A DNA stretch of 64,000 nucleotides. Origin: Andalucia godoyi And28. Its lineage: Eukaryota > Protista > Jakobida. Positions 47,774 to 57,856 of this stretch are shown piece by piece; the first letter of the stretch is position 1; each line of letters starts with the position of its first letter. The stretch lies in NCBI GenBank assembly GCA_009859145.1, contig VRVR01000039.1, forward strand, positions 64,162 to 128,161, in the 5' to 3' direction. Under the pieces are notes generated by a model. That model saw nothing but the letters and a program-made list of their open reading frames with translations. It was not told the origin of the DNA and did not search any database. A program made the position numbers and the translations under genes.

Positions 47774-50527
47774 CTACAAGCTGGAAAGAATAGAAGACCA
47801 CCATTCGCGGTCCTCGGGACTGCAGTTCGGAAGAATGATGCGGCCTGCTTGCACCCGAACGTGCATTCCCCGAACCAGGATATGCGGTCCAGCATGCCGT
47901 TGCTGCGAAAACGGACGCAAACTCTTCCTGGCAACCTTTGCAAGCGGCACCGTTGACGACGAAGATTGCGATGGAGATGCATGGTGATGATAAAGCGGTG
48001 GAAACTCGACATCCGTCTCCGTCGCCATCGTTGTATCGTCTTCATGGGAGGGGAAAAAAGGCCCGTAAACATCGGAGACGCCGGCATTGAACAGCATGTT
48101 TTTGAGTTCCTCGAGCGAAACTCCTCTGCGCGGTAATTCCTTCGTTTCACACGACGAAACAGTCGATCCAACAAGCGAAGGATCCTGGTGGCCTGCATCT
48201 GCAAACGAGCTGTCGGTGCTCTGAAATGCATTGGCAAACACCTCGGCAACAGAAGGTGCACTGCGCCATGAAAGCTGCAGCAGCGAGCCGACAATCGACC
48301 GAGGCAGCTTGTGAAGCAGGCTATACTCTCCAGAGGATTTTCCAGGAAGAACACCACGCCCTTTTCCCTCCACTTCAGCTTGCCCGTCTTCGTCCTCGCC
48401 GGAGGACCACGACAGAAAGTCTGCATCATTATTCGGTGTTCCTGCACACTGTGGCTGAAGAATTGGAACCAAGACAGGCTGTCCCACCAATGCTCCGGGT
48501 CGCTCCTCCTCGGCTTGCAGTTCGTATTTGGACTGCGGCACGGCAGACACGTATGCGTGCCGCACGGACAGCGAACACTGAAGCTTCCTTGAATACCGAA
48601 GAGCATGTCTCATTTCACGATTCCACTTCCCCGCTGCGGTCCGGTACCGCTCCCACTTCAATGTCAGCTTACCGGTCTCATCTACTGCCACCGGTATAGC
48701 ATCATCCGACAACAGTACCGCAGAATTCAGCAATGGAAAACGATTGCTGTACTGCCGATCAGATACTGTTGCTCGTTCACACGCGACGGTCCAAGAACCG
48801 TCTCCCAGTCGTGAGCTGCGAACATGCTTCAACACATGGTGCGGCACCACGAGTGTCAGAATGACCGGCGCAGCAGGCTCAACAATCTCGTTCCCAGATA
48901 CCGTCGAGGTATGCGTCGGTCGTACAAACTTTGCGAACGAAGGGGTGCGCGGTACGCCAAATCGCCGTTCTATGGACGACAGCGAGCGAAGATGCAATAC
49001 TTTTGCAGTATCGACCTTGATTCGCGGGTAGCCCGCTCGCTCCAGGAGCATTGCATCGTTGGACTCACAGAAGATAATATGCGGAGACAGCAGCGGCGGA
49101 GAGACGCCGCTGCAGGAGGCCGAAGAACCGACGGCGCAGGCAGCGTATTCCTCCAATGAACAGAACGCTCGGACCGAGTTGGGAATGATGAAGGGCGGCA
49201 GCGGCTTGGCTCCGCATACTCGTTCTCGTCGAACGGGATCACAAAAATCAGAAAGAATCGAAGCATATTGGATGACGCGTTCGCCCAGCTCGCCCACGAC
49301 CACAAGCGGGAGGACGCTCCTTTCATCTGGCACTGCAGTCCTTCTCTTTGCGTGGGTTGGAACGTAGTGGGTGGAAAACGTTTCGCATAGTGCCAAAAAA
49401 TCAGTAATCAAACATGAGCAGTCGATGACGACGCCCGTGAGGTCCTTTTGGTGCTGCGCGAACACCAATGAGTGGGCTCCAGAATGCCGAAGCAGAATGC
49501 TGGTAGCATCCGCGAGTGGGTCTAGCGACAAGCTCGACTCCTGCTGTTTCAGTGCGACAAGTGCAGAGTTGTTGCTGGAGGCAGAAGCACACGGGATTGC
49601 GCAGATCGCAAAGTCGACGTCGAATTCTGTGAAGTCGTGGGATGAGAAGAAGGAAGAGTATACGAATCGCAGGGGCTGTGGTCGCATGGGAGATTCGATT
49701 GATCGAACTTCGGGGTTGAATCCATAGCCAAATCCGCATCCTGGAATGAGGAACTTGTCCACGGGCTTCGTTTCGTCCTCAAAACCCGGTGGCAATGCGA
49801 GATTTCCCAATTCTGCTTCAATTTCAGCTTCTTTCCGCACATTTTGCACAGAGACCACCCAGTGCGCCGCTCCAGGTCCTCCTGCACGTGCTGGATATGG
49901 CGTGCAAGAAATTGCGTTGGTCGACGAAGTCCATGCTTCTCCATACGAAAGCTTAACGTATTTGCCATTTGAAAGGGACGGTGGTCTGAAAGCAGCGCCG
50001 CGGCCACCACAAGCAGTGTCACCACCAGCAGGACGACTGGCATCAGCGGCATCCGTGGCACCCATGGCATCCATGGCAGAAGGAGGACGACAGAGAGGCT
50101 TGTCACTCCCGGACAACCTTATCCATGTCTCGACACTTTCCGAGTACCACGTGTCGGACATGATAGGGTCCAGAAGAACCTGTGCAACAGCCGTTGTCGA
50201 GATGATCGACAGCGAAGTTCCAAAAAAGTCGAGCACATAGCGAAAAACAAGCGGATCAAAGCACCGGTATCCAGTAATAACTACAAGCACGGGATTTTTC
50301 GGAGCGGAATATTGGGAACTTGTGTGCTTTTTAATAAGATGTAACAACGAGTCGAACGACGGTGGAATCAAAGATGCAGCAGTTGTCGTGGCAGAAGCAG
50401 TTGTAGATGTGGATGTCGCGGTTGTCGCACCGCTGCAGCGCATCGGAACATCAAACAAGATCCAACAGTCTCGCACCGAGATCACCGACGACGGAAATTC
50501 CAGAGTTCCCGTTTCGTACACTCTCAT
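47774..50527 (-). CDS. INTS9: Divergent Integrator subunit 9 (inactive beta-CASP/MBL protein)
   Basis: SVISVRDCWILFD, degenerate metal motif VITGYRC, AGGPGAAHWVVS, IQYASILSDFC...RVCGAKPLPPF, PHIIFC, matching IntS9-type motifs; start at 50527 or 50563. Confidence 0.65.
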   Translation of the reverse strand: MRVYETGTLEFPSSVISVRDCWILFDVPMRCSGATTATSTSTTASATTTAASLIPPSFDSLLHLIKKHTSSQYSAPKNPVLVVITGYRCFDPLVFRYVLDFFGTSLSIISTTAVAQVLLDPIMSDTWYSESVETWIRLSGSDKPLCRPPSAMDAMGATDAADASRPAGGDTACGGRGAAFRPPSLSNGKYVKLSYGEAWTSSTNAISCTPYPARAGGPGAAHWVVSVQNVRKEAEIEAELGNLALPPGFEDETKPVDKFLIPGCGFGYGFNPEVRSIESPMRPQPLRFVYSSFFSSHDFTEFDVDFAICAIPCASASSNNSALVALKQQESSLSLDPLADATSILLRHSGAHSLVFAQHQKDLTGVVIDCSCLITDFLALCETFSTHYVPTHAKRRTAVPDERSVLPLVVVGELGERVIQYASILSDFCDPVRRERVCGAKPLPPFIIPNSVRAFCSLEEYAACAVGSSASCSGVSPPLLSPHIIFCESNDAMLLERAGYPRIKVDTAKVLHLRSLSSIERRFGVPRTPSFAKFVRPTHTSTVSGNEIVEPAAPVILTLVVPHHVLKHVRSSRLGDGSWTVACERATVSDRQYSNRFPLLNSAVLLSDDAIPVAVDETGKLTLKWERYRTAAGKWNREMRHALRYSRKLQCSLSVRHAYVSAVPQSKYELQAEEERPGALVGQPVLVPILQPQCAGTPNNDADFLSWSSGEDEDGQAEVEGKGRGVLPGKSSGEYSLLHKLPRSIVGSLLQLSWRSAPSVAEVFANAFQSTDSSFADAGHQDPSLVGSTVSSCETKELPRRGVSLEELKNMLFNAGVSDVYGPFFPSHEDDTTMATETDVEFPPLYHHHASPSQSSSSTVPLAKVARKSLRPFSQQRHAGPHILVRGMHVRVQAGRIILPNCSPEDREWWSSILSSL

Positions 50528-50908
50528 CTCTCGTTGCGCACCCGGACTCCCATATAAAAACATTACAGGTGTATGTTGCTGGCACTTCCGTCCGCTTCGA
50601 CTATCATCCTGCTGTCCCACCAAGTTCAATAAAAACCCCGACAAAAGCGATAATGCCCGACGGTTCTGATTTCGACATTTGTAGACATGTGAGCTTCCCC
50701 TCCCCCCCAACAAAAATAAATAATAATAATTCTCGTCCCATCAGTCCATCAGTCCATCAGACCCATCAAACCGCTCCTCCGATGCGGAATAGTGAGTTGA
50801 TCCGAGTTGCGAGTCCAACAACGCCTGCAGAAAGCATCACACCGATTAGATTAAGGACTTGTCCAGAAACAGAGGAGAAGAAGAAAGAAGAAAGAAGAAA
50901 GAAGAAGA

Positions 50909-51559
50909 ATGGAAATGGACGGGTCGCTTGTTCAGTGTATTTTGCTGCTTCCAAATTCAACAACGAGGATACTGCATGTTTTGCAGCCGCTGATATCGCG
51001 AGAATTATTGATTTTCGAAGCGTCAAAATGCATGAATGTTCCTCCTTCGTTTCTCGACATTCAGCCATTTGATCCGCTTTTCCCTCGTCCATTCCCGACT
51101 GTGCTGAATCAACCCGAGAAGCAGCAATTCAGGCTTCACAGCAGACCTGCCTCTCCTCCCCCTCCGCTGTGGCAGTCGCCATTGCCAAGTGCGTGCGTGT
51201 GTGCGTCCTCGGAGGCGACTACGACGGGTGCGGAGAGTTGGATGGGCACTGGCTGTGCGATGGAGGACGGTGAGGACGCGGGCATGGGCATGTCGGATGT
51301 GGGTGCGCAGTGCATCCACTCCGAGGCTTGGTTCAGGGTCGTCTACAGTGCTCGAATCGGCGGTTTGTGCGGTGGAAAGGGTGGGTTTGCTCAGCAGCTC
51401 AAGACGCAGAAGCTTGAAAACCCCATGATTGCGCAGCGAGAACGGGACCATCGGCTTCGGAGCGGAACCGCTGCGCAGGGCGACGGCGACGGCGACGACG
51501 AAGCACAAGGAAGACTGCTTATGAGAGACTCGAGTGGACGCCGCCTCGGTGCGTCTGCC

Positions 51560-51598
<39 letters not shown>

Positions 51599-51979
51599 AC
51601 CTCTGCGTCTGGCTCGGGAAGAACGGCGAGTGGACCGAAAAAATGGTCATCGTCCGCCTCTGAAGAAAAGAGACACAAGGTCCATCATGATGAGATGGGC
51701 ATGGCGCCCGAAGACCCTCTCCAACAACAAATGGAACTCTTGGAGAAGAAGAAGAGGGCAAACATGGTGAGAATCGCAAGTGCTGCGGCTCGCATTTTTG
51801 CGCCAACCTCAGCCTCAACCAGCAGTAACAGTAGTATAACCATTGCAAACGACGAAAGGAACGAACTGCCAAGATCGACTGTCGATCAACCACCACCACC
51901 AAACAAGAAGCCGAGACTCGACTTCTCTTCTTCCTGTGACTACAGCAAAACCCCCAGTTATTTAATGAATAAATTTTAA
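50909..51979 (+). CDS. SDE2: SDE2-like protein (ubiquitin-like prodomain with GG/KGG cleavage site)
   Basis: RIGGLCGG/KGGFAQQLK and MRDSSGRRL motifs. Confidence 0.75.
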
Positions 51980-52229
51980 AGAAACCGCTGTTTTCGGAGA
52001 ATTCGCGGATATTAGATAAATTCCCCGGTCAATCAGCCGCATTTATTTTTCCTTCTCCGATTGCTCGTTGGCTGGATTCGTCTCGAGCATGCTTTTTTCC
52101 ACCTTGTATTTTAATTTTAATTTTAATTTTTATATTAAAGTATACGACTTAGAAGTTGATATTGCTTATTTTTTATTTTGGTTGGGGGTAGGGGGAGAGA
52201 GGAAATCTGAGACTCCAGGGGAGTGGCAG

Positions 52230-53870
52230 ATGTACGCGATCCCGCGATGGATGTCACCTGTTTGGCGAATTTTGCATCGACCGATCGCGCGATGGTTTCC
52301 AAATTGGTCGTTTGGCGATGTGCTGTTCTTGTTTGTCTTTCTTGCAGTGGAATACTTGATCTGCGCTTCGGCCATCGCTTCTGCGCGAGATGCAAAGACA
52401 CTGGACCTCCTTGCAAAGGCTGGGAAACGCCTGGGATCTGCAATACAGTGGAACATGGCATTCCTGCTGATTCCGCTGACGAAGCGGTTTTCTCCACTGT
52501 TGCTTCTTGCAAATGTGCCGTTTGAACGCGCTGTGCAGTTTCACCGTTGGGTTTCATACGCAACTGTGCTGATTACCGTGCTTCACTTTTTCTTTCTGGT
52601 GTGGGAAAAGGACATGCGGAAATTCTCCAATATTGCTGGACTCACCGCAATGTCGTCGTTCCTTGTGCTGTTTCTGACGTCGCTTGCAGTTATCCGTAGG
52701 AGATTTTATAACTGGTTTGCAAAGACTCACTATGTGTTTGCGATAACGGCGTACGTCTTTGCAATACTGCATGAGTCTGCTGGCGGACTGATTCTACGCT
52801 GTGCTGTTCCGGCAGCAGTCTATACGATCGACTGGCTGTCGAGAATCCTGCTGACTGTTCGCCGTCCAGGTGTCCTTGTGAACGTTGAAGTTGTTTGCAA
52901 TCGGCTGCAGGACTCGGAAACCGACGTCGGAACGCTTGTACGCTGGGAGGTTGCCGTGCTAACGCGTGGACTAGACGTGTTTCGTGAGCCTGGAACGTAC
53001 ATGTATCTGTTCGTCCCCTGCCTGTCATGGACACAAATGCACCCGTTTTCCATTGCATACTCGAGGCCCTATACGGCAGCGGACGCAACCGCAACCGCGA
53101 TGCATGGAAGCACCGATTCCGTGAGTGAGTACACTGTGCTTGGATTCTACGCGCGCGAGTTCGGCACGTTCTCTCGAAACATGGCCAATTTGGAAAAAAT
53201 CAAGCCCGCCATACGCGTGTTTGTGGATGGGCCGTTCGGGTCTTGCGCACTTGACATTTCAAAATATGAAAACGCAGTAATTGTGGCCGGTGGTGTAGGG
53301 ATCACGCCGATGATGTCGTTCTTCTCCTGTCTTCTCTCCAAGCGTTCGAATCGCTCCGAGACTTCCAAGCGTGACCAGTCTCTCCTTTACTCTGCCAACG
53401 CGGATGCCGCAGAACAGCAGTCGACTGGCTCGCAAAGCAACACGATGGGCGCCACTGCTGTTTCCTTGTTCTGGAGCGTGCGAGGCTCCGACGTCCCGTT
53501 CGTCATTTCCGTTCTGCAGCAGCTTACTTCTCCATTGTCGTGCGCCCCGTCTGGAAAAGCAAACCTACGTGTGTACATAACGAGACCCAATGAGGCTTCT
53601 GCACGAGCTCTGAAGGATCTGGACAGTGTTGTCTTGACCCTTCCCGAGAATCTCGTCCACGTGAACATTGCCTCCGAGCGAGTCCTGCCGGCGTCGTTGC
53701 TGCAGCAGTGTGTCTCGCTGACCGAGTCGTCCACATTGCAGCAAAGAAGAGTTGCAGTTCTGGGTTGTGGTCCAAAAGACTTGATGGACGAGCTTCGCGT
53801 CGCAAGTCTAAAGATGTCTGGTGTACATGGCACCGTGTTTGATGTCCACACGGAAACATTCGATCTATAG
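52230..53870 (+). CDS. Ferric reductase-like transmembrane flavocytochrome (FRE/FRO/NOX superfamily)
   Basis: FHRWV, HYVF, HPFSI (FAD), VDGPFG, VAGGVGITP (NADPH), CGPKDL, HTETF; ATG at 52230. Confidence 0.92.
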   Translation: MYAIPRWMSPVWRILHRPIARWFPNWSFGDVLFLFVFLAVEYLICASAIASARDAKTLDLLAKAGKRLGSAIQWNMAFLLIPLTKRFSPLLLLANVPFERAVQFHRWVSYATVLITVLHFFFLVWEKDMRKFSNIAGLTAMSSFLVLFLTSLAVIRRRFYNWFAKTHYVFAITAYVFAILHESAGGLILRCAVPAAVYTIDWLSRILLTVRRPGVLVNVEVVCNRLQDSETDVGTLVRWEVAVLTRGLDVFREPGTYMYLFVPCLSWTQMHPFSIAYSRPYTAADATATAMHGSTDSVSEYTVLGFYAREFGTFSRNMANLEKIKPAIRVFVDGPFGSCALDISKYENAVIVAGGVGITPMMSFFSCLLSKRSNRSETSKRDQSLLYSANADAAEQQSTGSQSNTMGATAVSLFWSVRGSDVPFVISVLQQLTSPLSCAPSGKANLRVYITRPNEASARALKDLDSVVLTLPENLVHVNIASERVLPASLLQQCVSLTESSTLQQRRVAVLGCGPKDLMDELRVASLKMSGVHGTVFDVHTETFDL

Positions 53871-54030
53871 GCAGGATGATCGCCCACCAGTTGTACAGTT
53901 TAAAAAAAAACCTCCTCCCAAAACTCCCAAAACCCAATAACGTGATCTGGTCCCAATTCCATCTACAGTACAACATTCACAATCATCTTGATTGCTCTTT
54001 GATTAGAGTCATTTTTGGAATAAGCAAACG

Positions 54031-54062
<32 letters not shown>

Positions 54063-54112
54063 AGAAGAAGAAGGAGCAGCAGAAAAAGAAAAAAAAGAAG
54101 AAGAAGAAGAAG
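54031..54112. repeat. (AAG)n / A-rich purine tract directly upstream of the LRRC6 ATG
   Basis: Read directly from the sequence. Confidence 0.9.
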
Positions 54113-54118
54113 GGTGAA

Positions 54119-55846
54119 ATGCCATTTATAACGGAAGAGCTTCTTCGGAAGCGCGCAGAGCATAATGAAGGCGAGTTGTCGACATTGCGAGAAGTGACTC
54201 TGCACCAGTTTGAATTGGAACGGATTACTGTTGTTGGCGATGTGTGCCGGCAGCTCGAGATTTTGTATCTGCAAAACAACCTCATTCCGAAAATTGAGAA
54301 TTTACATCATTTGAAGAACTTGAGGTATCTGAACTTGGCTGTGAACAGCGTTACCAAGATTGAGAATGTTGCGCCGTTGGAGAGTCTTGCGAAGCTTGAT
54401 CTGACGTGCAACTATGTAACGGATCTGTTGTCAATTGAGGAGCTGCGAGCGAATTACAACCTCCGACAGCTGTTTTTGATTGGGAATCCATGCACGGCTG
54501 AGGACGGATACCGGCTGTTTATCATCCATTCGCTTCCGCAGCTGCAGTCTCTGGATGGCCAGGACATCACAAGGACTGAAAGGATCCAGGCTGCGCAGTC
54601 GTACGCGGACGTTCGACGACGATTGGTGGAGAAAGCGAGAGAGGAAGGCAGGCAGGTTGCAGACGAGCCGATTCCGCTGAAGACCGGGCCTTTGGAGGAG
54701 GATCCAGATGCGGATGCGACTGGGAAACGCGAGGCGAGTGCAGTCAAGTACGACGAAAAGGGGAATCGGCTGTATGGAAACACACCGGAAGAACGCCTTG
54801 CAGCGTACCGAGATCTGCAAAAGACAAGAGAGCCCGAGCGCAGTGTCGATGTGTCTGGAATTGGAGAGGCAGAAAGAGTTGTGTCGGACGCTGCAAAGAG
54901 TGCCAAGATGCGTGGGCCGTCGAATCCGGAGGAACAAGTAGAGAAGTACGGGCGCGTTCTTCAAAGAAATGATGGCGAGTGGGTGTTTACCTTTTCTCTT
55001 ATTGGAGACCTCCCTGCGGAGGCAGCGGCGGTAAGGGAAGATGGTGGAGCAGATGAAGAAGATGAAGCAGCAATTGGAGAGGGAAAAGGAAGAAGGGCTG
55101 GTGCGCTTGATGCGCTTGATGCGGCACTTGACAAGGAATCTGGATCGCAGAGCAAGACAAGGGGGTCGAAAAAGGCTGCCAAGGTTGTCGGGAAGGAATC
55201 GGAACCGTCTTTGGTGCTTGATGTTGCATTGGGGAAGTTTATTGATTCTTCTCTTGTCGACATGGATGTTAACCCGACGTATGTGAGGATTGTAGTGAAG
55301 AAGAAGCAGACGCTTCAGCTCGTGCTGCCTGAAGAGGTGTGCTCGGATCGCTCGTCTGCACAACGGTCCCAAGCGACCGGAAACCTGCGCATCGTCATGC
55401 CACTTGCAAATCCTGTCAAGGCTGCTGCTCGTCTGCGTGGTGATATGGCTATACTGGACAACGGGTTTGGGACCGATCAAGATCTGGTGTTGTTGACGTC
55501 GGATCCAGAGAAGTTGAAAAAGATCAAGGAGGAGCGGATCCGAAGAGATAAGCTGGAGCAGAAGGAAAAGAAGGAGCAAATGAGAGAAAGACGCGAAACC
55601 GGAGATCTGTCAGACTCGGTCCTTGGCTCAGCATCGACCAAGCACTCGCTGTTTTCGGTGGGAATGAACGATGGTCAGCAGAGTCAGCACGCCACAGGGC
55701 CTCCAGTGGCCGGCCGTCGGCATTTCAAATCTGGAATTTCCCCGCTGCGTGTTTCAGAAAAAGTAGACTCTACCAATGGTCGTGTCTCTGCAGGCGGTGG
55801 AGATGGTGACGACGACGACGATGACGACTTGCCCCCGCTAGAATAA
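54119..55846 (+). CDS. DNAAF11: Dynein axonemal assembly factor LRRC6
   Basis: MPFITEELLRKRAEHNEGELSTLREVTLHQ, ILYLQNNLIPKIENLHHLKNLRYLNLA, GRVLQRNDG, CS-like LDVALGKFIDSSLVDMDVNPTYVR...LQLVLPEEV. Confidence 0.96.
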   Translation: MPFITEELLRKRAEHNEGELSTLREVTLHQFELERITVVGDVCRQLEILYLQNNLIPKIENLHHLKNLRYLNLAVNSVTKIENVAPLESLAKLDLTCNYVTDLLSIEELRANYNLRQLFLIGNPCTAEDGYRLFIIHSLPQLQSLDGQDITRTERIQAAQSYADVRRRLVEKAREEGRQVADEPIPLKTGPLEEDPDADATGKREASAVKYDEKGNRLYGNTPEERLAAYRDLQKTREPERSVDVSGIGEAERVVSDAAKSAKMRGPSNPEEQVEKYGRVLQRNDGEWVFTFSLIGDLPAEAAAVREDGGADEEDEAAIGEGKGRRAGALDALDAALDKESGSQSKTRGSKKAAKVVGKESEPSLVLDVALGKFIDSSLVDMDVNPTYVRIVVKKKQTLQLVLPEEVCSDRSSAQRSQATGNLRIVMPLANPVKAAARLRGDMAILDNGFGTDQDLVLLTSDPEKLKKIKEERIRRDKLEQKEKKEQMRERRETGDLSDSVLGSASTKHSLFSVGMNDGQQSQHATGPPVAGRRHFKSGISPLRVSEKVDSTNGRVSAGGGDGDDDDDDDLPPLE

Positions 55847-55949
55847 AAACAGTCTGGTCTACGATTCCAACGAGAAATTTACATCCTTACACACTGTCGT
55901 CCGGGAAAATCTGTACTTTTTGGGCAAGGTGCTGTCGCAGGGAAAACCC

Positions 55950-57146
55950 TCATTCATCATACGACACGCCACGCGCGCCAATTTCGGTGCGATACACAGC
56001 CATTCCAGCGATCTCCAACGCGGCCACCAACTTCTCCTGCATTTCAGCACCCACTGTCTTGGGAATGCAGGCGATGGCGCATCCTCCACCTCCAGCACCC
56101 GTGAGTTTACATGAAACACCGCAATCCTTGCAGAGAGAAACGGTCCGCTCCAAGGCCGGATGGCCGACGCCCAATGCATTCAGCAAGTTGTGATTCACGG
56201 TCATGAGCTCTTCAAGCTGCGTATCGCTTACGTTTCCGTGGTTCTCCGTGTACAGATTGATGAAAGCAAGCGAGATCTCATTGATGGCCGTCATGATGGG
56301 ATCAAGGACATGCGGGAACCGGGTGTGTCGAGCTCTCACTCCGGCAACCAGCGTCTTTGTGTCCCGTGGTACTCGCGTATGAATCAGCAGAAACGAAGAA
56401 AACTCCGAGTCAAACGACGGCAGAGGGGTAAACGATCCCTTTTGATACCGCAGAAACCCTCCATTCACAACCGTTGCGTTGTCCACTCCGGAAGGGTTTC
56501 CGTGAATCACCTTTTCTGCAAGGAATGCATACGAGTTGACGCGGCCCAAAAGCTCTGCGACATCCGAGTGCTTATGAGTCGGTTCCAACTCTGCAAATGG
56601 CACAAAGTTGTTTTCAATCGCAGTCAACAGACCAAGTGCTATACACGCTGAATACGACGCAGACGATCCGAGCCCCGCTCCAATCGGCAGCTGTGAAGAG
56701 AACGATGCCTTGACACGCGGCAAATGAGCGCTCGGTTCTTGGGCTTCCGCAGGCTCCGCAGTCGGTGTCGTGACGGTGGCACTCGCACGCTTGGCAATGT
56801 TTGACATGACTGTTTTGTCGTTTCCCATTGCAAAATACACGACAAGGAACGCTTTTGGTGCAGAGGACAGTCTTGTGAACCAGTCGGGAAACTGCTCGGA
56901 CGACGCGATTGCATTATCAGGATCAAACAGCACCTGCAGCGCCATGACTTGGTCTGTAGAGAAATGGAACTTTTCTTTCAGATCAGGCAAATCCAGCTCA
57001 ATATGGTGCGCAGAACTGTGTGCAGAAAGACTCTCAAAGGACGACGATGTCCGCAAGTCCAGAGCAGATGCAATTGCCGTCGCACCATACACGACCGCAT
57101 GCTCTCCAAACAGCAGCACCTTACCAGGAGCCGACACTCTCACCAT
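55950..57146 (-). CDS. MVK: Mevalonate kinase
   Basis: SAPGKVLLFGEHAVVYG, LPIGAGLGSSA, HGNPSGVDN, KLTGAGGGGC; ATG at 57146. Confidence 0.96.
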   Translation of the reverse strand: MVRVSAPGKVLLFGEHAVVYGATAIASALDLRTSSSFESLSAHSSAHHIELDLPDLKEKFHFSTDQVMALQVLFDPDNAIASSEQFPDWFTRLSSAPKAFLVVYFAMGNDKTVMSNIAKRASATVTTPTAEPAEAQEPSAHLPRVKASFSSQLPIGAGLGSSASYSACIALGLLTAIENNFVPFAELEPTHKHSDVAELLGRVNSYAFLAEKVIHGNPSGVDNATVVNGGFLRYQKGSFTPLPSFDSEFSSFLLIHTRVPRDTKTLVAGVRARHTRFPHVLDPIMTAINEISLAFINLYTENHGNVSDTQLEELMTVNHNLLNALGVGHPALERTVSLCKDCGVSCKLTGAGGGGCAIACIPKTVGAEMQEKLVAALEIAGMAVYRTEIGARGVSYDE

Positions 57147-57472
57147 CGCGCCTCCGATCACCCCAATTATATTTATTAATATGTACATAAACTCTATAAG
57201 CGACTAGTGAACATGCTGCCTTCTGCAAAAGAAAAAACGGGAACGACCCTGCGTGTGTTTGTCATATGAAGCATCACTTGAAACTAGCATGCATTCATTT
57301 TTTCTCAGCATTATTTGTCGTTTTGTTTTGCTTTCTTGTTTTGGGTTTTTGCTTTTGAGGACACGCGCAGAGAGTACAGTAGTCTGATTAAGCAAGTAGG
57401 TATTGTACCGGCAAGTACATTTGGGGGGGTGGCAATAGCGGAAGGGGCGGAGCGCGTGTGGGACGGTGGAGG

Positions 57473-57682
57473 ATGAGCGGCGTGGAGAAGACGCCGGCGG
57501 AAGAGGCGCTTCCGAGGTCCGGAATAGTCTATTCTGAAAGGTCAAACATGACGGAAATCATGTGCAAACCAAAAGTAATGCCGATCAAGTCTGTGACGCT
57601 GGAGAAGCTCGAGCAAATGGAGAAGCAGATGCTGCGAGCCGGGTCACAACCGCAACAAGACAGTAATGGGTTTCAGTTTTGA
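57473..57682 (+). CDS. BBIP1: BBSome-interacting protein 1 (BBIP10), 69 aa
   Basis: EALPRSG...IMCKPKVMPIKSVTLEKLEQM. Confidence 0.9.
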   Translation: MSGVEKTPAEEALPRSGIVYSERSNMTEIMCKPKVMPIKSVTLEKLEQMEKQMLRAGSQPQQDSNGFQF

Positions 57683-57856
57683 GTGGGGTCGAGTGGATTG
57701 GAGCGTCCTGTTCGGTTTCCTGCTTGCTGCTCAGTTGCGCTGGATCATCATTCGATCCCCCGGCGTCTGTTCCGTGCTGCTTGGTTGGTTTGTTTAATTG
57801 TGTTGTCTGTAAAATATACATGCACTGGGATGTGTTTTGGTTGTTGTTGCTGTTCA

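Noticed and set aside
54431-55579. 382-aa minus ORF
   Set aside because: Exact antisense register with LRRC6; shadow ORF
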